A stretch of DNA of 64,000 bases from Chloroflexota bacterium. GTDB lineage: Bacteria; Chloroflexota; Limnocylindria; QHBO01. Made by a program: the position numbers and the translations under genes. This document shows positions 54,301 through 61,445 of this stretch, in pieces. The stretch lies in NCBI GenBank assembly GCA_003243965.1, contig QHBO01000043.1:34978-98977 (forward strand). The letters run 5' to 3'. Each line of letters opens with the position of its first letter. Position 1 is the stretch's first letter. The notes below the pieces were generated by a model. It was not told where the DNA came from, searched no databases, and saw nothing but the letters and a program-made list of their open reading frames with translations.

Positions 54301-55130
54301 AACTCGCGCGCCTCCTCGAGCGTGGCGCCATGCCGAATGCAGACCAGCACGTCCTGGAGCCGATGGCCGCCGGCCTCCGCGTAGTGGACCTCGTTGGTCA
54401 CCACCGTTGGCAATCCGGCCTCGTCGGCGATTTCCGCGAGCGAGGCCACCAGCCAGTCGTCGTCGGGGTCGAGGTGATGGCTCAGCTCGACGCAGAAGTC
54501 GCCGGCGGGGAAATGACGGGCCCACGCCGCGGCGGCAGCCAGCGCCTCGCCTCGCTCGCCGCTCAGGAGGAGCCGCGGGACCGCTCCATTCCGGCAGCCG
54601 GTGAGGCCCACCAGGTGGCCGCGCGCCTCGTCGAGCGCAGTCTCCACGCCGGCGCGATCGAAGACGGGGAACTGCTTCCCGCCGGCGAGGTGGCCGCGCG
54701 ACGCGAGGCGCGACAGGGCCGTGTAGCCCGCCGCGTCACGCGCCAGCAGGACGAGATGGTGGCCGGGGAGCGGGCCGGCGTGGTGCTCGCCGGGCCAGCC
54801 GCGGCTGGCGCGCTCGCCGCGAATCGGATCGTTGAGCCTGCGGCCACGTCTCGCGCGGCGCAGCTCCTCGTCACCGCTCGGGACCGCGAGCTCCATGCCG
54901 ATGATGGCACGCACCGGCCGAAGGCCGGTCCCCCGGGCCATATCGGTCTGGGTCTGCCGAGCGGCCCTGGAGAGCCGCACGGCGGCGTACAGCCCGGCGT
55001 GATCGGTGATCGCCAGTGTCGGCATCCCGAGAAGCGCGGCCCGGGCGACGAGATCCTCTGGGTGGCTGGCACCGTCAAGGAAGCTGAAGTTGCTGTGGGC
55101 GTGAAGCTCGCAGTAGCGATCGGCAACCAT
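51378..55130 (-). CDS. dnaE2: Error-prone DNA polymerase DnaE2 (ImuC), 1250 aa with a ~124-aa low-complexity insert
   Basis: PHP N-terminus YCELHAHSNFSFLDGAS (the DnaE2-type signature, distinct from DnaE1 HLHxHTEYS), ...FPRHLGIHVGGMLV..., and a C-terminal OB region. A LexA box lies upstream and imuB is nearby. Confidence 0.9.
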   Translation of the reverse strand: MVADRYCELHAHSNFSFLDGASHPEDLVARAALLGMPTLAITDHAGLYAAVRLSRAARQTQTDMARGTGLRPVRAIIGMELAVPSGDEELRRARRGRRLNDPIRGERASRGWPGEHHAGPLPGHHLVLLARDAAGYTALSRLASRGHLAGGKQFPVFDRAGVETALDEARGHLVGLTGCRNGAVPRLLLSGERGEALAAAAAWARHFPAGDFCVELSHHLDPDDDWLVASLAEIADEAGLPTVVTNEVHYAEAGGHRLQDVLVCIRHGATLEEARELLLPNGEYRLKAGRELAALGAGLPDARSRRAWARGIAQAADIGESCRLDLDFERYRFPGFEVPEGETPFSYLYQLAHEGLRRRYRPITKQALTQLTHELEIIDRTHLAEFFLIVWDLMEFARKNEIIGQGRGSAGDSIVAYCLGITKVDPIEHKLLFERFINEARVLPDIDIDFDVNRREEVIQYLYRRYGADHAAMVCNVITYRARSAVREVAKALGVPAAAVDRLAKALDTRDASDVARDLALDGSFAWLFEELGISMATAAVPPRRDGRANQTDADAAPRPGGEADWSPPKRTPVLDQSVTSVRFEAQQTKRYGSTGLRPGLRPGLRPGLDPGWDPEPAPFDPAATLDLPEPRDTGSPGPGSDRPTVRRSDLPERDRHARPRNRWQWLLALCAEIDGFPRHLGIHVGGMLVTRTPLIDLVPIERATMPGRVVTQFDKEDIEALGLVKIDLLSLRTLGVVSDCLRRVARDTGTRIDLDALPRDDPAVFATIRAADTVGMFQIESRAQMQALPKSRPERFEDLVVQVAIIRPGPIQGNAVHPYLRRRAGQEPVTYLHPTLEPILADTLGVILYQEQVMQIAIEVCGYTALEADIFRKAMGSHRSHLEMEHEHARFVAGAMRTGMSEPDAEELFRRCGAFAEFGFARAHAAAFAKITYDTAWLKLNYPVHYYAGILNNQPMGFYSPAVIVNDAKRHGVRVLPVDVNASSWDHATEPIGERIGDPRRDFALRLGLRQVKGIGEAERDRVEAERAIGPYTGIRDFAARTGLGEQVVERLIAVGAFDWTDTPRRELLWQLRTTLVDADPRRPALGLTDDAVRAVGRSLPAMTLAERVATDYRELGVSSTAHAVELFREQLDARGVVRISEASRRRGRSRLRLAGLAVSIQHPMTAKHFVFIALEDETGMINVTVRPQVYQRYRSLLHRHPLLVIDGRLQVEGEVRNVVAREIHALDAAIPGQRPTPLQLDRQQRMFR
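53283..53347 (-). repeat. In-frame 12-nt tandem repeat (cccgggacgcag x3 perfect, flanked by 2 diverged copies and a partial one) inside dnaE2
   Basis: Perfect copies at 53307-53318, 53319-53330 and 53331-53342. Diverged copies at 53283-53294 and 53295-53306. Encodes GLRPGLRPGLRPGLDPGWDP on the minus strand. Confidence 0.9.
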
Positions 55131-55138
55131 TCGACGCT

Positions 55139-55160
55139 ATGTTATAGAACATCCGTTCGA
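55139..55160 (-). promoter_or_regulatory. LexA (SOS) box GAAC-N4-GTTC overlapping a TATAAC/TAACAT -10 box 8-10 nt upstream of the dnaE2 ATG
   Basis: Minus strand reads TTCGAACGGATGTTCTATAACATagcgtcgaATG. CGAACGGATGTTCT matches the Gram-positive consensus CGAACRNRYGTTYC at 13 of 14 positions and is close to the mycobacterial TCGAAC-N4-GTTCGA. No SD. Confidence 0.75.
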
Positions 55161-55169
55161 ACCGAATTC

Positions 55170-55862
55170 CTATCCGTGAGCCAGATCCTCGCGTCCGTCA
55201 CGCAGCCTCAGCCGACGCTCGAACGTACTGGCCACTCGCTCGTCATGCGTGGCGACTACCAGCGCGAAGTGCGCTTCTTGCCGAAGCTCCTCGAGCAGCC
55301 CGACGACGCGATCCCCCGATACCGAATCCAGGTTGCCAGTGGGTTCGTCTCCGATGACCAGGCCCGGTTGATTTATCAGCGCCCGCGCGATGGCCACTCG
55401 TTGCTGCTCGCCAGCTGAGAGCTGGCTGGGACGATGGCTGAGGCGGTTCGCCAGGCCCAGACGAGCCAAGAGCTGCTGTGCACGGTCCTCGATCTCAACT
55501 CGGCGCCGATATGGGAGGAGCGGCACAGTAACGTTGTCCAAGGCGGATAGAGCGGGAATGAGGTGGAACATCTGGAAGATGAAACCGACGTGAGCTCTCC
55601 GCAGCTCGGCCCGCTCGTCCTCGTCGGTGCCGTCGACTGTTTGGCCCGCGACCACCACCCGGCCCTCGTCCGGCATATCTAGAAGTCCCATCAAACCGAG
55701 CAACGTCGTCTTGCCGGCCCCTGATGGGCCGGTTATCGCCAGTCGCTCCCCGGCCCCCACGCAGACGCTCAAGCCCCGGATCGCCACGATCGCCGCGTCT
55801 CCGGTTCCGTAACGTCGCCAGACGTCGTGCAGTTCAACAACTGCCGACTGGCGTTCCGTCAC
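55170..55862 (-). CDS. ABC transporter ATP-binding protein (MacB/LolD/FtsE-like)
   Basis: Walker A GPSGAGKTT, Q-loop, signature LSAGEQQR and Walker B LVIGDEPTGNLD. The GTG start overlaps the permease stop (GTGA). Confidence 0.9.
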   Translation of the reverse strand: MTERQSAVVELHDVWRRYGTGDAAIVAIRGLSVCVGAGERLAITGPSGAGKTTLLGLMGLLDMPDEGRVVVAGQTVDGTDEDERAELRRAHVGFIFQMFHLIPALSALDNVTVPLLPYRRRVEIEDRAQQLLARLGLANRLSHRPSQLSAGEQQRVAIARALINQPGLVIGDEPTGNLDSVSGDRVVGLLEELRQEAHFALVVATHDERVASTFERRLRLRDGREDLAHG

Positions 55863-58800
55863 GGCCGGCGTGCCAGGAGCGCCGTGGCGCGGACCAGACC
55901 AGTCGCTAGCTGCGCCAACGCTTGCCCATCCAGCTGCTCAGCGCGATCGACCGGGGTCCCGCTGACCGATGCCGGTCCCGTCCCGGGAATGAGCGGCTCG
56001 CCTACGTACGCCGCATCAATCCCAACAGCGAGCGGGTAGGCATTGTCCACCAAGTCATCGGTCGTCGGCAGCGCCAATGTCTGCGATAAAGAGTTCAGCA
56101 AGGCGCTCGAGGTTTGAACACTGCCGGCGACCCGCGCGCTTCGGTCGAGCCAGCTCCCCACGCGATTGTCGAGGGCCGTCGTGGCGAGCAGGCCTGCGCG
56201 GAGCGCCGGCGCGTCCGTCTTTACCGGCCCGCGCGTGCCGATCACCGCGCCGACCGTGCCACCAGCAGGGCCGACGTACACTGCGGACCCGCCGGACTGG
56301 AACAACAGCCGACTGACGACGGAGGTCACCGACCCTTCGGCGGCCGTCGCGATCACGATCCCTGCCGGGAGGCTGGCGGTGCGCAGCTGGCGCGCGGCTT
56401 CGAGAACAAGCGCCGTCGGGCCAGCGCTCTGCGACGCACCTGGACCGGTTGAATCGAGACTGGCAACCAACCACATCATGCGGGCGGGCAGCGGACCGGA
56501 TGGGATCGCGACGAGATCCTCCCCAACGGCAAAGCGCGCCGTCGTGGCAGATCGCAGCTGATCCCAGGCGTCTGGCGTCGCCCGGACTGCGACTACTGCG
56601 GGAACAGTTGAGCTGCAGCGCAATGCGTATTCCGCTGCAAGAGGAGCCTGGCTGTCGCTCTCGACGCGCAGCAGCGCCGCGCCGCGCACGCAGCCGGCCT
56701 GCAGCTTTCCTGGTCGGAGATCGACCAAGGCGACCGGGAGCTGCACCTGGCCGGTTGTCTGCAGAGCCATGGTGTAGGCGACCGCTACGGGAAACACGTC
56801 CGCCACGGGCAACCTCTGACCGGACCGCATACGCAGGTCGAGCCCTCGCACGAGGAACCGCCGAACCTGCACGATGTATCCCAGCGCCTCCAATCGGGAC
56901 CGTACGACGGCCATCGCAGCGACCATTGAGGCCGAGGCCGCGGAGCGATCAACGTGTGCGGCGATTGAGGCCGCATCGCGCAGGATGCGCTGTTGATCGG
57001 CCGGAAGCGGGGGGCTTGTGGGTGCACCTGTGACAGACCCAGCGGAGGCGCCCTGGGGAGCCAGCGCGGCCCACCCCAGACTCGTGCCCGCGATGAGCAC
57101 CAACGCAAGGCCAATGCTCATCAAGGTGGCTCGCATCGTTAGCGTGGGCAATGCATCGCTGGCACCCTCCGCGCGAATCGCCACCAGCGGCGGCACGCTA
57201 GCAGCTGCTCCGGCCGCCGCCGCCGCGGCCGCGGCGGCGAGGAAGCCCGCGGCCGGAACGGCAACCAGACCCAGCGCAGCGCCCAACACCGCGGCCCCGA
57301 TGCCGGCTCCAATGAGGGTCACGGCAGTAGCCGCCAAGATGCCCGCGCCCACAGCCGGCAGACAGGATTCGAGAATCACCAGATCACGGAGCGTCGAGCG
57401 ACGCCATCCGGCTGCACGCAGTACTCCGATAACACCGATCCGCCGCTCAACGCCAAGAATCGCCGTGTTGAGCACGATGGCCGCCGCCGCGAGAAGGGCT
57501 CCGGCGGCGGCCAGAAAGTGATAAGGAGCGATCTTCACCCTCACGAGCTGGCCTAGGACGGTGGCGCGAAGATCTCCGCCCCCCGCCGTCCCGATCAGAC
57601 CGACAATCCCAGCAAGGGCAACCGCGACGCCCATTGCCAACATGAGCAGCGCCGTGCGGAGCCTAATCTCCCCGATCAGGGCGAGAGCCAGCCCGGCGAC
57701 CGAGGTCCGCAACCCCGGAGCTAGGCGCCCCCTCCCCCGGGATGGTCCGACCCGGGCGAAGCGTTCAGAAAGCGGGCCGGCCATCAGCCCGCCTGCTACC
57801 AGATGGCCCAGCAAGATGGCGCCGAGCAGCAGCGCCGTACCAACTGAGAACGGCGGCTGGCCCAGTGCGACCTCCAGGCTGCCGGTGATAAGAAGCACCA
57901 GCAGTGCGCTCGGCACAGCGACGATCGCAGCCTGGAGCGCGACGAGCGTGAGTAACTCTCGCTTACGCCATCCCACGTAGCGCAGCGTCGCGAATTCTGA
58001 ACGCTGGTCCCCAGCGAGATACGCACCGAAACCGATGAGGTAGGCAACAGCCACACCGATCGCCGCGAGGAGCATCGCGAGCGATGCTCCGCTTGCAGCA
58101 CTCTCGATAGCCGGAGCCGTACCGAGGGTGGTCCATGGTTCGATGAGGGGACCGATCCCCTGCACGTCGACGGCCAAGAGGATCGGCGAAGCGCCAGCGA
58201 CGACATCCACTCGCAGCCCCGTCCGCTCAACGATGGCTGCCGCGACGTCTTCGATGCGTGCCAGAGCCACTTTGTCGTAACCGTGGACCCCGGATACGCG
58301 CACCCGAACAGCGTCAATGAACCGGGGGCCCCGCACGAATTCGGCGGCTTCAAGGTTGGTGATGCCGACCGGCGGCGGCGGGTTGAGGCCACCGGGATTC
58401 AGCGATGGAGGCAGTGGCCTACCGCCGAGCATCCGCGGCACAACGCCGTACAGGCCGAGGGGGACGTAGTTCGCAGTTCGGTTTAGCCGGGTTTCGATAC
58501 TTGTTAGATCCACCGAGCCTGTCTGCTCGAGCACGAACGGCGGTGGCTTGAGCACCCTGAGATTGCGATACAGTGGCTCGTCTGCACCATTGGCCCGATT
58601 CGGCCCGAGCTTTCCAGGATCGGTGGCCGCTTCCAGGGCGGGACGAACGAGCTTGTCCCAGGTCCCAAGCGGACGCAGTTGCAGTCGATCGCCCGGGCCA
58701 TGGCTATAGTCGAGCGGACCGTCAACGAGGACGACGGCGCGCTCTGCACCGTACCCAGGTGCATAGGACTCCGCGGCTCCTGTGAGCCTGCCGTCCGCGC

Positions 58801-59803
58801 CGAGACTGACCCTCGCCGGCCGCAAGGGCGGCACCAGTGCTTCGAACGTTGCGGTGTCATTCGCCCGAGTGGCCTGCGATGCTCCGTTGACGACCTTCTG
58901 CGCCGCTGTGATCGTGGCCTGGCGATAGGCTGCCAGCCCTTGCGTGTCGCGAGGTTTCGGCACCGCGTCTGCTGCAGCGCCGACAGCCTCGGGCGGGACG
59001 CCCGAGATCTGCGTCACGCGAACGGACACCGTGCCAGGAACAGTTGATCGAGCATCGACTACGACTGGTAACTGCGTGGCTGAGCGGTTGTACTGGGAAT
59101 CGAACGTTTGGCGCAGTCCGCGGTCGAGTGCACCCCTGACATACCGTCGAAGCCCCACCAGTTCGTCCTCAGCGGGCGGATCCACCGCTACCACGTGGCC
59201 CCAGGTCGATGGCAATTGCCCCGTCGAGAGAACGGTGCGCCCGTCGGGAACGTAGGCGTAGTTGCTGATGCCCACCCCCAATGGACGCCGTGTCACCCGC
59301 TCAACTCCAAAGAAGGCACTGGCGTTCATCACGCTGCGTCCGCGGATCTGCACCGACACATTGATACGGAACAGGTCACCTGGCTTGACGCGCGCAAGCT
59401 CGACGGTCATGGGAGGACCACCAAGAGTGAACCAGCCGATCGTACTCACCGGGGCGGCGACCTCCACGGCTGGCAGGCTCGAAATCTCCTGCCACTCTCG
59501 TCGACTTATCCCCTCCGCACCCGGCTCGCCTAGAAACGAGTACGGCACGCCTTCGCCGATGCCCGGCAGCCGCATCGCGGCGGCTCCCTTAGGTCGCACC
59601 AGAATGTCATACGTTCCCCGCCAGCGTTGTTGGATCGTCTGCCGAACGGTCGCCAGTTGCCCGTTGGCGGCGAGGAGCAATCCCGACGCCGAGAGACCTA
59701 TGGCGGCGGCGCCCACGAGCATGACGACAACCCGCGTGGGCCGCGCGAACAGAAGTCGCCGGGCTAGGCTCGCCTGACGCCCGAGTAACGCCAGTCGGGT
59801 CAC
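55859..59803 (-). CDS. Giant FtsX-family ABC permease (1314 aa): large N-terminal ectodomain, two FtsX TM blocks, an extra TM helix and a C-terminal M28-peptidase-like (degenerate) ectodomain
   Basis: N-terminal TM VVVMLVGAAAIGLSASGLLLA followed by a ~520-aa extracytoplasmic region. Two multi-TM FtsX-like blocks. A TM helix MSIGLALVLIAGTSLGWAALA. The final 400 aa show M28-like motif spacing (see findings). GTG start 59803. Confidence 0.75.
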   Translation of the reverse strand: MTRLALLGRQASLARRLLFARPTRVVVMLVGAAAIGLSASGLLLAANGQLATVRQTIQQRWRGTYDILVRPKGAAAMRLPGIGEGVPYSFLGEPGAEGISRREWQEISSLPAVEVAAPVSTIGWFTLGGPPMTVELARVKPGDLFRINVSVQIRGRSVMNASAFFGVERVTRRPLGVGISNYAYVPDGRTVLSTGQLPSTWGHVVAVDPPAEDELVGLRRYVRGALDRGLRQTFDSQYNRSATQLPVVVDARSTVPGTVSVRVTQISGVPPEAVGAAADAVPKPRDTQGLAAYRQATITAAQKVVNGASQATRANDTATFEALVPPLRPARVSLGADGRLTGAAESYAPGYGAERAVVLVDGPLDYSHGPGDRLQLRPLGTWDKLVRPALEAATDPGKLGPNRANGADEPLYRNLRVLKPPPFVLEQTGSVDLTSIETRLNRTANYVPLGLYGVVPRMLGGRPLPPSLNPGGLNPPPPVGITNLEAAEFVRGPRFIDAVRVRVSGVHGYDKVALARIEDVAAAIVERTGLRVDVVAGASPILLAVDVQGIGPLIEPWTTLGTAPAIESAASGASLAMLLAAIGVAVAYLIGFGAYLAGDQRSEFATLRYVGWRKRELLTLVALQAAIVAVPSALLVLLITGSLEVALGQPPFSVGTALLLGAILLGHLVAGGLMAGPLSERFARVGPSRGRGRLAPGLRTSVAGLALALIGEIRLRTALLMLAMGVAVALAGIVGLIGTAGGGDLRATVLGQLVRVKIAPYHFLAAAGALLAAAAIVLNTAILGVERRIGVIGVLRAAGWRRSTLRDLVILESCLPAVGAGILAATAVTLIGAGIGAAVLGAALGLVAVPAAGFLAAAAAAAAAGAAASVPPLVAIRAEGASDALPTLTMRATLMSIGLALVLIAGTSLGWAALAPQGASAGSVTGAPTSPPLPADQQRILRDAASIAAHVDRSAASASMVAAMAVVRSRLEALGYIVQVRRFLVRGLDLRMRSGQRLPVADVFPVAVAYTMALQTTGQVQLPVALVDLRPGKLQAGCVRGAALLRVESDSQAPLAAEYALRCSSTVPAVVAVRATPDAWDQLRSATTARFAVGEDLVAIPSGPLPARMMWLVASLDSTGPGASQSAGPTALVLEAARQLRTASLPAGIVIATAAEGSVTSVVSRLLFQSGGSAVYVGPAGGTVGAVIGTRGPVKTDAPALRAGLLATTALDNRVGSWLDRSARVAGSVQTSSALLNSLSQTLALPTTDDLVDNAYPLAVGIDAAYVGEPLIPGTGPASVSGTPVDRAEQLDGQALAQLATGLVRATALLARRP

Positions 59804-59823
59804 GTGCGGGTGCGTAACGGGCT

Positions 59824-59844
59824 GGCCACGGCAGGCCCGTGGCC
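59824..59844 (-). other. Perfect 8-bp stem / 5-nt loop hairpin (GGCCACGG-CAGGC-CCGTGGCC) in the 61-nt spacer between the small secreted-protein gene and the permease gene
   Basis: Read directly. There is no U-tract after it on the minus strand, so it is not a canonical intrinsic terminator. Confidence 0.6.
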
Positions 59845-59864
59845 CCGGGTTCTAGCGTAAGCCG

Positions 59865-60245
59865 CTAGTACTGAAGATATACGGAGGTATAGCTCCAACT
59901 GCTCGTTCCACCGCCGGCGCGGCTGGCCCTGCGGCTCTGCGTTAGGTAGACATTGTTGCCGCAGACGGCGAACGTGCGATTTTGCGTATAACTGGTCGAA
60001 CCTGAGACTGACAAGACGTTGGAGTAGCCATCTCCCCAGTTGGTGGTGACAGTCCACGGACCGCTGGTGCCACCCGCGAGGTACACCGTCCAGGTGGCGT
60101 GTGGCGGACAGCCCGAGGAGGTTTGGCTTGCCGGGGAGGCAGACACACTCGTGGGATACCCTGCGAGCGCGAATCCGGCGATCGTGAGGGTCAACAGGAG
60201 ACCTAAGAGACCGGCGACGATCACGCGGTGAATGCGAATGCCCAT
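59865..60245 (-). CDS. Small secreted protein (126 aa), hypothetical
   Basis: ATG 60245 with GGAGGG 7 nt upstream. Signal peptide MGIRIHRVIVAGLLGLLLTLTIAGFALAG. Mature part is Ser/Thr/Gly/Tyr/Trp-rich (beta-rich look) with two Cys. Noticeably AT-richer than the neighbours. The overlapping 162-aa track ORF in another frame is rejected. Confidence 0.65.
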   Translation of the reverse strand: MGIRIHRVIVAGLLGLLLTLTIAGFALAGYPTSVSASPASQTSSGCPPHATWTVYLAGGTSGPWTVTTNWGDGYSNVLSVSGSTSYTQNRTFAVCGNNVYLTQSRRASRAGGGTSSWSYTSVYLQY

Positions 60246-60291
60246 GGCCGATCCCTCCGAAGCACCAAGAGAAAGCCAAGCCAACCACATC

Positions 60292-60319
60292 AGGATAGCA
60301 TTTATCGATACGTCGTCAA
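60292..60319 (-). promoter_or_regulatory. Strong sigma-70-like promoter (TTGACG-N16-TGcTATCCT) for the secreted-protein/permease/ATPase genes
   Basis: Minus strand reads TTGACG (60319..60314) acgtatcgataaatgc TATCCT (60297..60292). It lies in the only AT-rich patch of the region, which contains the palindrome TATCGATA. Confidence 0.55.
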
Positions 60320-60446
60320 TATATCAGTCACCGCCCTCCGACCTCGGGAGTCCCGCGGGCGATCAGCCGGTTGGCCCTGGCGGCCGCCGTCCGTGGACAC
60401 CTCCGCAGCTTCCGGCGATGTTCGGCCATCGACCGGCCGAAATGGC

Positions 60447-61445
60447 TCAGTCGGCCGCGGTGTGCCCCTGAGTAGTCCCATCGGGCGTCGCTTGCGCCAG
60501 CGCCTCCAGCACCCCGAGGTGCTCCGTGGTGCCGTCCGGCGCGAGCGGGATGATGGCCACGTGGTCCGCGCCCGCTTCCCGCATGCCGGAGGTGCGCGCG
60601 CGGAGGGCATCGGCGTCTCCCCAGGCGACCATGGCGTCGACCAGACGATCGCTCCCCGGCTTCTCCCAGTCGGACGCGTCGAAGCCCTGCTGCGTCCAGC
60701 TCGCCAGGTAGTTCGGGACGCGCAGGTACGGCGCCAAGTAGGCGCGTGCCGCGGTGCGCGCCGCGGTGGGATCGCGCTCCAGAACGCACGGCATGGTCAC
60801 CGCCAGCAGCGGCCGGTCTGGGGAAGCTGCTCCGGGAGGCGCCCCGGTGGACTCGGCACCCGCCTCGTCGATTCGATCCCGCATCCAGGCCAGCCGCTGC
60901 GGCGTGACCAGGTACGGAAAGGCGCCATCGGCATCGGTCGCCGCCAGGCCGAGCATCCGCGCACGGAGCGCCGCCACCAGCACCGGCGGCTCGTCCAGGC
61001 GCTCGCTGCCGGGACCCCGGTAGATCGCGGCGCGATAGGCGGCCAGGTACTCGCGCATCCGGGTCAGCGGCTTCTCGTAGACGTGGCCCCGCAGACGCTC
61101 GGCGAGGTGCGCGTGAGAGACGCCCAGGCCGAGCACGAAACGCCCGCCGGACGCCTCCTGGAGGGTCATCGCGCCCATTCGGGTCGCCTGCGCATCGCGG
61201 CCCCAGATCGAGATGATGCTCGTCCCGAGGGCGATCCGCGAAGCCTCGCCGCAGGCCAGCGCCAACAGCGTGAAGGGCTCGCGGCCGACCGTCTCGGGCA
61301 CCCACAGGGCGCCGTAGCCCAGCTCGTCGGCACGCCGAACGTAGGCGCGCAGCGCGTTGCCGTCCAGCGAGTCGAGATGACCCCAGACACCGATCCGGCC
61401 GATCCGCGCAGCGGCCGGGTGGTCGGCCTGACCGGTCACGGCCAC
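60447..61445 (-). CDS. LLM-class (luciferase-like) flavin/F420-dependent oxidoreductase
   Basis: RIGVWGHLD...ELGYGALWVPETVGREPF...RFVLGLGVSH is typical of the LLM class F420-dependent family. It overlaps the upstream stop by 10 nt. Confidence 0.75.
   Translation of the reverse strand: MAVTGQADHPAAARIGRIGVWGHLDSLDGNALRAYVRRADELGYGALWVPETVGREPFTLLALACGEASRIALGTSIISIWGRDAQATRMGAMTLQEASGGRFVLGLGVSHAHLAERLRGHVYEKPLTRMREYLAAYRAAIYRGPGSERLDEPPVLVAALRARMLGLAATDADGAFPYLVTPQRLAWMRDRIDEAGAESTGAPPGAASPDRPLLAVTMPCVLERDPTAARTAARAYLAPYLRVPNYLASWTQQGFDASDWEKPGSDRLVDAMVAWGDADALRARTSGMREAGADHVAIIPLAPDGTTEHLGVLEALAQATPDGTTQGHTAAD

Noticed and set aside
59800-60288. 162-aa minus-strand track ORF overlapping the small secreted-protein gene
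   Set aside because: It is Arg/His-rich with no signal peptide or motifs and would run into the permease start. The alternative frame has an RBS, a signal peptide and a plausible mature domain.
55131-60330. Flanking direct repeats or att-like sites at the borders of the low-GC ABC island
   Set aside because: Comparing 55131-55180 with 60280-60340 showed only a trivial shared hexamer (CTATCC). I therefore make no claim about a defined mobile element; I report only the compositional shift.
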